DNA from: an uncultured delta proteobacterium
GTDB lineage: Bacteria; Myxococcota_A; Polyangia; Haliangiales; Haliangiaceae
DNA length: 64,000 nt
Assembly (NCBI GenBank): GCA_963848295.1
Contig: CAWKDB010000010.1
Span: forward strand, 32,001 to 96,000
Reading direction: 5' to 3'
Positions 54,981 through 64,000 of this stretch are shown here, in pieces (within the stretch, counting starts at the first letter, position 1; every line of letters starts with the position of its first letter). The translations under genes were made by a program, and so were the position numbers. The notes below the pieces were generated by a model that was not told the DNA's origin, did not search any database, and saw only the letters and a program-made list of their open reading frames with translations.

Positions 54981-55523
54981 ATGCCCGCGCGTCACGTGAC
55001 CGAGCTAGAGCAACTGCTCGACCGCGCGCGCGAGTTGCTCGGCACCGGCGACGACGGCGAGCTGTTCGACGCGAACACCGCGGTGAATCACGCGCTCCAG
55101 CTCGACCCGGTGTCGGTCGAGGGCTGGCTGTTGAAGTGCCAGGTCGCGTCCGCCGCGGGCGACGACCTCGCCGCGCTCGCCTCGGTCGAGATGGCGTTGC
55201 GGCGCGCACCGGCCCGGCCCGAGGCCTTGTATTGGCGCGGCGCCGTGCTCGGCGATCTCGGCCGATCCCGCGAGGCGCTGCGCTCGATCGAGGCCGCGTT
55301 CGCGGCGCTCGGCGATGACGATGGCTGGCTGGTCGAAGATCTGTTCTACGAGAAGGCGACCGTGCTCGAAGCGCTCGGTCTCGGCGAAGCGGCGGTCAAC
55401 GCGATCGCCGCGGGGCTCGACCGCTGTCCCGGATCGGCGCTGCTCCGCGCCGCGCTGTCGCCGGCCGAAGCCGAGCCGACCCGGCCGCGCACGGTGCTCA
55501 AGGTCCTGCGCGGCGGTCGTTAA
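54981..55523 (+). CDS. TPR protein
   Basis: ALQLDP and ALYWRGAVLGDLGR TPR motifs. Confidence 0.75.
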   Translation: MPARHVTELEQLLDRARELLGTGDDGELFDANTAVNHALQLDPVSVEGWLLKCQVASAAGDDLAALASVEMALRRAPARPEALYWRGAVLGDLGRSREALRSIEAAFAALGDDDGWLVEDLFYEKATVLEALGLGEAAVNAIAAGLDRCPGSALLRAALSPAEAEPTRPRTVLKVLRGGR

Positions 55524-55599
55524 ACGAGCTCCCCGCGTCCGGCGATCGCCGGGACGCTACGAACAGGCGCGGCGATCCGTCACTTGCTATGATCCAGAC

Positions 55600-56523
55600 G
55601 TGCATCGCGCTCGCATCGCCGTGGTCGCCACGCTCGGCGTGGTCGCAGCCGCCGGCGTGTGGGCGCTCGCGGCCGGTCCGCCCGCAGCCGCGCCCGCACC
55701 CATCGACGCGCCGAATCCGCTGACGATCGCGGTCAACGGCGGTCGCCACGTCCGGATCGACGGGCCGCGCGGTGCGATCCACGTGTGGATTCCGCCGAGC
55801 TTCCACTCCGATACCGGCGCGACGATCATCTACTTGCACGGCTACTACGACGACGCCGACTCGTCGTGGGTCGGCCATCACCTGCCCGAGCAGTTCGCGA
55901 TGAGCGCGCTCGACGCGATGTTCATCGTGCCGGAGGCGCCGGTCGCGGCAAAGACGCCGATCAACTATCCGAACCTCAGCGAGCTGCTGCGCATCGTCGA
56001 GGACAAGACCGGCGTGCAACGCGGGATGGCGTTGACCGTGGTGGTCGGCCACTCCGGTGCGTTTCGCACGATCGAGAGCTGGCTCGACGAGCCACTCGTC
56101 GATCAGCTCGTGATGATCGACTCGATGTACGCGGACGAAGAACAGATCGAGGCGTGGCTGCGTGCGTCGCCGCGCCATCGGCTGATCACGGTCGGCGAGG
56201 ATACGTTGCAGTGGAACGAGCAGTTCCTGCGCGACATCCCCGACACCGTCGTCGTCGATCGCGTGCCGCCGACCTATGACACGTGGCCGCCCGAGGCGCG
56301 GACCGCGCGCTCGGTCTACGTCCGCGCGCAGTTCGCGCACATGCCGCTCGTCACCGATGGCATCGTGCTGCCGGCGCTGCTCCGGCTCTTGCCCGTCGAG
56401 CTGCTCGGCGACGAGCCGTGGCAACAGCCGCTCGGCGCATTGCCGTCGAACGAGCTGGCTCCCGACGATGGTGGCGTCACCGGCTCGGGCTCCGGATCCG
56501 CGCTGCCGGCGCCGGCGAACTAG
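55600..56523 (+). CDS. Secreted alpha/beta-hydrolase-like protein
   Basis: Signal anchor; YLHG, GHSGA nucleophile elbow, IDSMY. Confidence 0.65.
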   Translation: MHRARIAVVATLGVVAAAGVWALAAGPPAAAPAPIDAPNPLTIAVNGGRHVRIDGPRGAIHVWIPPSFHSDTGATIIYLHGYYDDADSSWVGHHLPEQFAMSALDAMFIVPEAPVAAKTPINYPNLSELLRIVEDKTGVQRGMALTVVVGHSGAFRTIESWLDEPLVDQLVMIDSMYADEEQIEAWLRASPRHRLITVGEDTLQWNEQFLRDIPDTVVVDRVPPTYDTWPPEARTARSVYVRAQFAHMPLVTDGIVLPALLRLLPVELLGDEPWQQPLGALPSNELAPDDGGVTGSGSGSALPAPAN

Positions 56524-56527
56524 CGCC

Positions 56528-58075
56528 ATGCAGCGCGCGGGCTTCGCGATCGGCGCGGCGCTGATCGCGGTCGGCTTCGCGCTCCCGCACCTGCGCCGCG
56601 TGTTGATCGCCGACGTCGTGACCTGGGACGCCGAACCGAGCGAGCCAGCGCAGCTGCCGGTGGGCGCCGGTCGGGGCCTGCCCCCGGCCGGCAGCGCCGC
56701 CGAAGGGCGGCGCGGTTCAATCGACGGTCCGGGGCTGGCGCCGACCGCCCGCACGCGCGTGCTCTTGATCGACGGGCTCGCTGCCGACGTCGCCGCGACC
56801 CTCCCGGCGTGGACCGAGACGTGCGCGCGCGGCGTCGCGGTGACCGTCGACGTCGGGTTCCCGACCGTGTCGCTGCCGGTCGAGGTCGCGCTGTGGTCGG
56901 GGCTCACCCAGCAGCAGACCGGCGTCGTCGGCCATCAGGGGCGGCCGCTCGTGCCGCCGCTCGATCGCCGCGCGATCCCGGCGCAGGTCGCGGGCAGCCG
57001 TGCGCTCGCGGAGAACCACGGTTACATCGTGCGCTCGCTCGGGTTCGCGACCGCGGAGCCGGCCGCCGCCGCCGATGGCCTCGGCGACGCCGATCTCGAG
57101 CATTGGGCGGCGCAGTTCGAGCCGCGCGCGATCGCTGCGGTCGCGAGTGATGCGGCGCTGGTGTTCGTCCACATCTTGCGCGTCGATAACGCCGGCCATC
57201 GCTCCGGCAAGGACTCGGATCAGTACCGCGACGCCGCACAGCGAGCCGATGCGCTGCTCGCGAGGCTCGTCGCCGCGGCGGGCAGCGACGCGCGCTGGTT
57301 CTTGCTGTCCGACCACGGCCACCTGCCGGGCGGCGGTCACGGCGGCGCGGAGCGCGTGATCCGTCAGGTCGCCGGCTGCATTGTCGGCCCCGGGCTCGCG
57401 CCGAACGCAGCGCATCCGGTGATCCACGTCGTCGACATCGCGCGCGCGATCGCCGATTCGGTCGGCGCGAAGCTCGACCCGGCGTCGCGCGGTCGCCCGC
57501 TGTCGGTCGCGTTGCGGGTTCCGCTCGTCGATGACGAGGCGCTGCCGAGTCAACCGATCGTGCCCGCCGCGCTCGCGATCGTGATCGTCGTGCTCGGGGC
57601 GGCGGCGATGGCGTGGGCCAGCGCGCGGTGGTGGCTCGCCGCGTGGTGGTGGCTGCTCGCGTGCGCCGCGCTCGTCGTCGTCCGCGGCGTCCCGACGCTA
57701 TCGAGGCCGATGATCTACTCGCCGGAAGGCCGCACGATGTGGCTCGCGTGGTCGCCGCTGCTCGCGGTCGCGTGCGTGATGACGTACGTCGCGCTCGGGC
57801 GCACGACGCTGTGGCGCGCGGTCACCGCGCAGCTCGCGCTACCGTTCGCGGCGGCCGCGGCGGCGATCACGGCGTGCGGCGGCTGGCCCGCGGTGTTCGG
57901 TGCCGAGGTCGCGCCGGTCGTGCCGCACTACACCGCGTGGATGTCGCCGCTCGTGCTCATGGCTGCGCAGGGGGCGGCGGCGGTCGGCCTTGCTGTTCTC
58001 GGAAAGTCTTGCCGGCAGGCGATCGATCGACGCGGACGTCCGGAATCGCCGCGTACATCGAGAGCAGGCGCTTGA
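56528..58075 (+). CDS. Alkaline phosphatase superfamily membrane protein
   Basis: LLIDGL, FPTVSLP, VDNAGH, LSDHGH, GGHGG; C-terminal TMs. Confidence 0.8.
   Translation: MQRAGFAIGAALIAVGFALPHLRRVLIADVVTWDAEPSEPAQLPVGAGRGLPPAGSAAEGRRGSIDGPGLAPTARTRVLLIDGLAADVAATLPAWTETCARGVAVTVDVGFPTVSLPVEVALWSGLTQQQTGVVGHQGRPLVPPLDRRAIPAQVAGSRALAENHGYIVRSLGFATAEPAAAADGLGDADLEHWAAQFEPRAIAAVASDAALVFVHILRVDNAGHRSGKDSDQYRDAAQRADALLARLVAAAGSDARWFLLSDHGHLPGGGHGGAERVIRQVAGCIVGPGLAPNAAHPVIHVVDIARAIADSVGAKLDPASRGRPLSVALRVPLVDDEALPSQPIVPAALAIVIVVLGAAAMAWASARWWLAAWWWLLACAALVVVRGVPTLSRPMIYSPEGRTMWLAWSPLLAVACVMTYVALGRTTLWRAVTAQLALPFAAAAAAITACGGWPAVFGAEVAPVVPHYTAWMSPLVLMAAQGAAAVGLAVLGKSCRQAIDRRGRPESPRTSRAGA
56666..56724 (+). 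repeat. Coding double-hairpin element, copy in alkaline-phosphatase-family gene
   Basis: GCCGGTCGGGG..CCCCGGCCGGC-A-GCGCCGCC-GAAG-GGCGGCGC-GGTTCAATCGA; encodes AGRGLPPAGSAAEGRRGSID. Confidence 0.8.
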
Positions 58076-60101
58076 CGATGTCGGGGTGCTGGGCGGCGAG
58101 GTCGTCGTGCTCGGCCGGATCGCGCTCGAGGTCGTAGAGCTCGGTCAGGTTGTCGGCCGGCTTGACGATGAGGTGATACGGCCACACGACCGCGCCGTGC
58201 TGCTTCTCTTCGTGCAACGCGATCGCGCGCTCGGTGACGCGCAGCGCGGGGGGCGCATCGAGCAACGCGGGCACGAGATCGACGCCATCGAGCGGCGCCA
58301 TCGCGGTCGCCGCGCCGAGCAGATCGAGCAACGTCGGCGCGATGTCGACCAGCGACACCGGATCGACGCGCTGGCCGGGCGCGACGCCGGGCACGTAGAT
58401 CGCGAACGGGATCCGCACGAGCGGGCCATAGGTCACCTCGCCGTGGGTCTCCGGGAACCGCGGATCTTCGCCGAGCGACTCGCCGTGGTCGCTGAGGAAC
58501 ACGACGATCGTGTGATCCGCCTCGTGCCGCGCGTCGAGCTCGGCGAGGACCTCGCCGACTCCGTCGTCGATCGCGTGGAGCAGCGCGCGATAGCCGTGAG
58601 CGACCGGCGAGCCGCCGTCGTGAACGAGCGCGAGCAACGGCTTCGGCACATCGATCTGATGGTGCTCGTGGACGTCGAAGTAATGCAGCCAGATGAAGAA
58701 CGGCTCGGCGGCGACCGCCTGCACGCCGACCTCGGTCGTCGCGGCCGCGCTGACGTGGTCGCCGACATCCGCGACCTGGCCGTCGGTGCGCACCGTCGTG
58801 AAGTGATCGACGCCGCGGCGGATCAGCGTGTCGCCGACGAACCGCGTGACCTCGCCAGGAATCGCCGCCGAGGTCTGGCGGCCGAGCGCGTGCAGCGCGT
58901 CGATCAGCGTGGCGCGCGTCGGCTGGTACGGATCGAACCGGCCGGTGAGCAACGTGGACAGCGAGACATCGGTGCCGGAGGCCGGCGCGATCGCGTGGGT
59001 GAACCATACCGAATCGTCGAGTAGCTTCGCGATATGCGGGAAGTCGGCGCGATCGGGGGCACCCGGCGCGAGTGGATCGAAGCGCAACGCGTCGACCGTG
59101 ATCAGGAGGACGTTCATCGTCTTGGTGCGGGCCAGCACGCTCTGGACCGCCGGCGATGCGCGCCAGCCCTGGAGATCGAGCGGTTTCGGCTTCGGCGGGG
59201 GTGGCGGTGCCGGCATCGCATCGAGCCCGTCGCAGTTTTGATCGATGCCATCGCCGGGGATGTCGATCGCGCCGGGATGGATCGCGGGATCGAAGTCATC
59301 GCAATCGCCACCGCCGAGGATCGGCGACGCCCCATCGCGATCGAAGTCGACGAGCCAGCGCCAGGTCGCGACCAGATCGCGGCTCTGGTCACCGAACGTC
59401 GCGAGTTGCTCGCGATCCGCCGGCACCTGTAGGCCGTAGCACGCCGCCGCCGCGCCCGTGCCCACCGCGAGCCCCGCGATCACGGCCGCAAACGCCACCG
59501 GCACGGTCGCCCGCCGCGTGATCCGCAGCGCGACGCCGAGCACGACGATGATCGCGATCGTCACGCCTTGATGCGCGCTCGGATAGCCGGTGCGCAACAG
59601 CTCGCGCTCGCCGTAGATCAGCCCGGACGCGGTCGCGGCGAGCAGCAGCACGACCGTCGCGCGCCACATCAGATCGCCCGAGCGCAGCATCCGCCGGCCG
59701 ATCGCGATCGCGACCGCCGAGATCAGCCACAGCACGAGCGGCAACGCCCACGGCGCGTACTTCGCATAGGACAACGTCTGCGCGAACGCCCCGTCGAACA
59801 GCGTGGCACACACCGGCGCGGTGACCGCCGCGGTCGGCGCGCTCAACGCGAGCGCGACGAACCACCACGGCGCGCGCCGGACGAGCAGCGAGATCACCGC
59901 GATGACGCAGCCGACGATCAACCCGGTGAACGCGAACACCGGCGGAATCGCTAGGCTCAGGCCGACGCGATCGAGCCGGACCGCTTCGAGGACCCCGACC
60001 GCGAGCGCGGCGAGCACGTGGGCGCTGATGATCCAGCCGATCGGGATGGGGTCGGGTCGCGCCGGGGTGCGACCGGCGACGCCGGCTGCGCGCGAGGACA
60101 T
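57957..60101 (-). CDS. Sulfatase-like hydrolase/transferase with TM region and Asp/Cys metal-binding motif
   Basis: DCDD..PAIHPGA..IPGDGIDQNCDG; NVLLITVDALRFD, WLHYFDVH, SDHGE. Confidence 0.85.
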   Translation of the reverse strand: MSSRAAGVAGRTPARPDPIPIGWIISAHVLAALAVGVLEAVRLDRVGLSLAIPPVFAFTGLIVGCVIAVISLLVRRAPWWFVALALSAPTAAVTAPVCATLFDGAFAQTLSYAKYAPWALPLVLWLISAVAIAIGRRMLRSGDLMWRATVVLLLAATASGLIYGERELLRTGYPSAHQGVTIAIIVVLGVALRITRRATVPVAFAAVIAGLAVGTGAAAACYGLQVPADREQLATFGDQSRDLVATWRWLVDFDRDGASPILGGGDCDDFDPAIHPGAIDIPGDGIDQNCDGLDAMPAPPPPPKPKPLDLQGWRASPAVQSVLARTKTMNVLLITVDALRFDPLAPGAPDRADFPHIAKLLDDSVWFTHAIAPASGTDVSLSTLLTGRFDPYQPTRATLIDALHALGRQTSAAIPGEVTRFVGDTLIRRGVDHFTTVRTDGQVADVGDHVSAAATTEVGVQAVAAEPFFIWLHYFDVHEHHQIDVPKPLLALVHDGGSPVAHGYRALLHAIDDGVGEVLAELDARHEADHTIVVFLSDHGESLGEDPRFPETHGEVTYGPLVRIPFAIYVPGVAPGQRVDPVSLVDIAPTLLDLLGAATAMAPLDGVDLVPALLDAPPALRVTERAIALHEEKQHGAVVWPYHLIVKPADNLTELYDLERDPAEHDDLAAQHPDIVKRLLSMYAAIPDVRVDRSPAGKTFREQQGRPPPPPAQP

Positions 60102-60230
60102 CGGTCGATCTGACCACGGCGTGGCTCGCCGTGGCAACTAGCCTACGCCTCCGTACCGGAGGGCCTTCGGACCAGGGATTCGGCCATCCTTGCTGCGCCG
60201 GACCGCCGAGCGATCGATCGTCCTGGGACC

Positions 60231-60785
60231 TCAGGCCTTCGGCGGATACTTCTGGAGCTTGCGCTGCAGGCTGCGGCGGTGAATTCCGAGCCGGCGCGCG
60301 GCCTCCGAGATATTGCCGCCCGCGTCGGACAGCACGCGGTTGATGTGCTCCCACTCGGCGCGAGCGAGCGACGGGGCGCGATAATCGCCGGAGTCGGGCG
60401 GCGGCGGCTCGAGCGGCGGCGCTTCACCTCGGGCGAATGCGCCGATGATGTCGTCGGCATCGGCCGGCTTCGACAGGTAGTAGGTCGCGCCGAGCCGCAC
60501 CGCGTCGATCGCGGTCGCGATGCTGCCATACCCCGTCAACACGACGATCTTGGTCGCCGGGTCGATCTCGCGCAGCGCCTTGACCAGCTCGAGCCCGCTC
60601 TTGCCCGGCATCTTGAGGTCGACGACCGCGAGCTCCGGCGAATCGCTGGCCGCAGCCGCCACGCCGGCGTCGTAGTCACCGCCGGTCCGGACGTCATAGC
60701 CGCGGTCGGTGAACGCGCGGCCGAGCCGGGTGCGATAGACCTCATCGTCGTCGACGATCAGGATCGATAGCTCTTGCTCGCCCAT
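60231..60785 (-). CDS. regA: RegA/PrrA-type response regulator
   Basis: VDDD, LTGYGSIATA, WEHINRVL...GNISEAARRLGIHRRSLQRKL. Confidence 0.9.
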   Translation of the reverse strand: MGEQELSILIVDDDEVYRTRLGRAFTDRGYDVRTGGDYDAGVAAAASDSPELAVVDLKMPGKSGLELVKALREIDPATKIVVLTGYGSIATAIDAVRLGATYYLSKPADADDIIGAFARGEAPPLEPPPPDSGDYRAPSLARAEWEHINRVLSDAGGNISEAARRLGIHRRSLQRKLQKYPPKA

Positions 60786-60862
60786 GGCCGTTGGATACCA
60801 CCACCTGTGAGATCGATGCACGCATAGTGAACGCCCCTGCACGACCGCGACATCGCTGGTGT

Positions 60863-62149
60863 TCACGGGATCGATCGCGCCGACCTAGCGGCATCGGTCG
60901 GCAGCTCGACGCGGACCTCGGTGCCGTGCGCGCCCGAATCGATCCGCAGCGTGCCGCCGACGCCCTCGATCACCGCGCGCGCGAGGAACAGCCCGAGCCC
61001 CATGCCGCGGCCCGGTGCCTTCGTCGTGTAGAACGGCTCGCCGATCCGCGCCATGACGTCGGCCGGGATCCCGGGCCCGCGGTCGCGAATGGCGACATCG
61101 AGCACGTCGCCGCGGCGGCCAGCAACGACGACGACCGCGGCGGCCGCCGGCGAGGCATCTTGCGCGTTCGTCACGAGCGACCGCAACGCTTGGCTCACCG
61201 CGCGAGGCGGCAAGCGCAACGGTGATTGCCCGACATCGTCGCTGAGCTCGCGCACCACGCTCGGCGATTCGCGCACGCCCACGAACGCCTCGTCGAGCAG
61301 CTCGCGCACGGTGCAAGACGCGACGTTCTCCCCGACCGTCCCGGCGCCCTGCGCCATCTGCTCGAGGATCGTCCGGCACCGGCCGACCTGCTCGCGGATC
61401 AACCGCGCATCCGCGGCGAGCCCGGCCTGATCGCCGAGCGCGTGCTCGAGCTCCTTCGCGGCGAGTGCGACCGTGCCGAGCGGCGTCGATAGCTCGTGGG
61501 CGGCACCGGCGGCCATCGTCGCGAGCGAGGCGAGTCGCTCTTGGCGCGCGGCGAGGCTACGCGCGAACGTCAGCTCGGTCTCCCGCGTCGCGAGCGCGCC
61601 GGTGATCCGCAGCAAGAAATACACGACGAACGCGGACGCGACCCCGAGCGCGACCCACATGCCGATCATCCGGCTGTCGTCGGGAATCACGAGCGGTTCG
61701 TGCGACAGCAGCAACAACCCGAAGCCGAGGAACGACAGGCCGACCAGCATCCACGTCCACCGCGCGCGCATCAGCACCGCGGCGAGCGCGATCTGCACGA
61801 GATAGAGAAAGCTGAACGGATTGTTGGGGCCGCCGGTGAAGTAGAGCAGCGCGGTGAGCAGCGCGATGTCGAGCGTCATCACCCCGGCGAGCTGCCACTC
61901 CGCAACCTCGCGGTGCGCGATCGCGTCCCCGCGACCGAAGAACCGCCCGCGATCACCGAAGTAATAGAGCTCGATCACGAGGTTCGACACCAGGCCGATG
62001 CCGATCACTGCGAACAGCGGAGCGATCGGGAGCCTGCCCCCGAGCAGGACCTGGCCGACCAAGACGGTCGCAGCCTGGCCCGCGAGCTCGGCCCAGCGCA
62101 GCCGCGCGAGCCACTGAATATTGACCCAGTTGCGTGCAGGAATGCTCAC
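60863..62149 (-). CDS. regB: RegB/PrrB-type sensor histidine kinase
   Basis: LRW, TGGPNNPF, AAHELSTPL, GEPFYTTK, GMGLGLF. Confidence 0.88.
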   Translation of the reverse strand: MSIPARNWVNIQWLARLRWAELAGQAATVLVGQVLLGGRLPIAPLFAVIGIGLVSNLVIELYYFGDRGRFFGRGDAIAHREVAEWQLAGVMTLDIALLTALLYFTGGPNNPFSFLYLVQIALAAVLMRARWTWMLVGLSFLGFGLLLLSHEPLVIPDDSRMIGMWVALGVASAFVVYFLLRITGALATRETELTFARSLAARQERLASLATMAAGAAHELSTPLGTVALAAKELEHALGDQAGLAADARLIREQVGRCRTILEQMAQGAGTVGENVASCTVRELLDEAFVGVRESPSVVRELSDDVGQSPLRLPPRAVSQALRSLVTNAQDASPAAAAVVVVAGRRGDVLDVAIRDRGPGIPADVMARIGEPFYTTKAPGRGMGLGLFLARAVIEGVGGTLRIDSGAHGTEVRVELPTDAARSARSIP

Positions 62150-62171
62150 GCCGCACCCTGCACGGCTAACC

Positions 62172-63050
62172 CTACTTGGCCATCGTCGGCTCGAGCGACT
62201 TCAGTCCCTTGTCCAGCACCCACTGCTGGTAGTACTGCGCCGCCGGGGTCCCGGACGCGATCCGGTCGTTCGCCTTCTTCAGCTCCTCGTCGATCAGCGT
62301 GGTGAAGTTCTCGATCGGCATCGCGCCCGACATGAACCGGCCGTTGATGAAGAACGACGGGGTCGCGGCGACGCCGAGCTGCTGCAGGTCTTTCTGATCC
62401 TTCTGGATCAGGGCGTTGCATTCCTTCATGTCGGCTTTGAACTTGTCGGCGTTCATCCCGAGGTCGGTCGCGAACCCGAGGACGATCGGGCAACCCGCCT
62501 CGCTGTCCCAGCACCGCTTGGCCGGGCCACCGCCTTCGCCCGGTGCGTCCTTGTCGAACTGACGGCCCTTGAACCCCTTGTCCCACAGCGCGTTGTCCAT
62601 CTGATCGAACTTGCCCTGCCGGCTCGCGGCGCACGACGCCAGCGCGCCCGCGGTCGCGACCTGCGGATGGACGACGTACTGCTTGTAGACGATGCGGAGG
62701 TCGTTGCCGTACTTCTTCTTCAGCTCTTCCATCGTGTCGCGCACCCTCTCGCAGTACGGACAGGCGTAGTCGTAGGCCTTGACGAGCGTGACCTTGGCAT
62801 CGGCCGGGCCGTCGAACGGGTCGCCGTCGATCGGCATCGCGTAGGTCTTCGCGCGATCGGGCTCCGGGCGCTGGGGCCGCTGCTGGCCGCCGGCGCCGCG
62901 GCCGCCGTTCGCGATCAACTGGTCGAGCTTCTTGTCGACGCGCTCGAGTAGCGCGTGATCGGCCTTGAGCTGATCGTGGTCGGCCTCGTTCCCGTCGGCG
63001 GTACACGCGACCAACGACAACGCGGCAATGGTCATAACTAGTTTGTTCAT
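62172..63050 (-). CDS. DsbA / thioredoxin-fold lipoprotein
   Basis: LVAC lipobox; CPYC; ATPSFFING. Confidence 0.88.
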   Translation of the reverse strand: MNKLVMTIAALSLVACTADGNEADHDQLKADHALLERVDKKLDQLIANGGRGAGGQQRPQRPEPDRAKTYAMPIDGDPFDGPADAKVTLVKAYDYACPYCERVRDTMEELKKKYGNDLRIVYKQYVVHPQVATAGALASCAASRQGKFDQMDNALWDKGFKGRQFDKDAPGEGGGPAKRCWDSEAGCPIVLGFATDLGMNADKFKADMKECNALIQKDQKDLQQLGVAATPSFFINGRFMSGAMPIENFTTLIDEELKKANDRIASGTPAAQYYQQWVLDKGLKSLEPTMAK

Positions 63051-64000
63051 CGCACGACTCCTTCGACTTGCTGACAAGTGTTCACGGACGGGGTCCCGGC
63101 GTTCATCAGCTCCGGGGTTGTAGCCTCAGGCTGGTCGCAATTGCAACACAGCGGTTCGTCGAGCAAAGACTCGAGCTCGGCCGCAGCATACGGATCGAGC
63201 GTCGATACGAGCTCGTCCTGGCGGGCGCGCAGCTGCGCTTGCAGCTCGCACGCTTCATCGCGCGACAACACCCCGTCGCCATCGAGGTCGGCCTCGGGGT
63301 GCGCGAGCATGAGCTTCGCGGCGAGCTGCGGGGTGTACCGACACGCGATGCGAGCGGCGGACGCGCCGGCGGTACGGGCGCCGCCGAGCACGACCGCGAC
63401 CCACGCAGCGAGCGCGAGCGTGTAGCCGAGGCCCGAGCGACGTGCCGCAGGCGGCCCTAGCACGGCGCGGACGCGGGCGTCGAGCGCGCGCGGCATCGCG
63501 AGCGCGAGCGAGCCATCGATCCACCCGCGCCGGCGTTCGGCGGCGCTGCCGGCGAGGGTTCCCTCGCCGTCGAGGTGGAGCGCGGCCATCCGCACGAGCA
63601 ACCGCGCGTAGGTCGGACGCGGCAACTCGCCCGCCTCCACGGCCCAGGCATCGCACGCGGCCTCGCGTGCGAGCTCGAGCCGGCGACTCGCGAGCAGCGC
63701 GACCGGCCACCAGAAGAACGCGGCGCACGCGACGAGCTGAAATGCGCGACCGATCGCATCGCGGCGCCGCACGTGCGCGAGCTCGTGCAACAGCGCCGCG
63801 CGCAGCAACGCGGGCTCGGCGACGAGCACCGCCGGAACGACGATCGTCGAGTGCCACCCGCCGACGACATGCGGCCCCGATGCCGCGACGACCAGCCGCG
63901 GTACGGGCAACTTCGCGCGCCGAGCGAGCTCTGCGAGCAGCGCGAGGGCAGCAAACGGAGCTGGCTTCGCGAGCCGCGCGGCGCGGGCGAGCCGGTGCGA
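63047..64000 (-). CDS. M56 (BlaR1/MecR1) family peptidase with EF-hand-like motif (partial, start beyond window)
   Basis: LLHELAHVRRRD, REAACD; DLDGDGVLSRDE. Confidence 0.85.
   Translation of the reverse strand, partial: SHRLARAARLAKPAPFAALALLAELARRAKLPVPRLVVAASGPHVVGGWHSTIVVPAVLVAEPALLRAALLHELAHVRRRDAIGRAFQLVACAAFFWWPVALLASRRLELAREAACDAWAVEAGELPRPTYARLLVRMAALHLDGEGTLAGSAAERRRGWIDGSLALAMPRALDARVRAVLGPPAARRSGLGYTLALAAWVAVVLGGARTAGASAARIACRYTPQLAAKLMLAHPEADLDGDGVLSRDEACELQAQLRARQDELVSTLDPYAAAELESLLDEPLCCNCDQPEATTPELMNAGTPSVNTCQQVEGVVR
63516..63573 (-). repeat. Coding double-hairpin element, copy in M56 peptidase gene
   Basis: TCGAC-GGCGAGGG-AA-CCCTCGCC-GGCA-GCGCCG-CCGAACGC-CGGCGC-GGGTGGATCGA; TCGA ends 54 bp apart; encodes GSAAERRRGWID. 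Confidence 0.8.

Noticed and set aside
57957..58075. 119-bp convergent overlap of two alkaline-phosphatase-superfamily genes
   Set aside because: Both tails are low-complexity run-ons, common in GC-rich genomes; no evidence of function
62521..62550. Possible extra copy of the double-hairpin element in DsbA (DAPGEGGGP)
   Set aside because: Only a weak match to the second stem; lacks the first hairpin and the ATCGA tail

Overview
This is a GC-rich window from a probable myxobacterium (Myxococcota, Kofleriaceae/Haliangium-like), inferred from a TIGR02266-type PilZ protein, Ser/Thr kinases with TPR/PEGA partners and a giant gliding-type TPR protein. Most of it is ordinary chromosome (pssA-like, thrB, accA, miaA, mutL, regB/regA, DsbA, rhomboid, sulfatase). 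A ~9.7 kb integrative element (17003-26703) sits in the 3' end of tRNA-Ala(UGC). It has a 44-bp att duplication, paired GGTGGGCAAA arm-type repeats at both ends, a tyrosine integrase with a Cys/His insert, an excisionase-like HTH, a Phd-like gene coupled to an unknown ~219-aa protein (candidate new toxin-antitoxin pair), two back-to-back IS91-like transposase halves and a large putative DDE transposase. A 125-bp integrase remnant at ~11.9 kb suggests an older tandem island. The most striking unannotated signal is a family of ~54-57-bp double-hairpin repeats, mostly TCGA-bounded, lying in frame inside unrelated protein-coding genes (M50 peptidase, MutL, alkaline-phosphatase-family protein, M56 peptidase). 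A related unit is amplified six times in tandem in a membrane protein gene; this resembles Rickettsia palindromic elements. An orphan tandem-domain phage tail-tube gene is also present. Several single-base frameshifts may be assembly errors. All family calls are from motif recognition by eye, not database searches.
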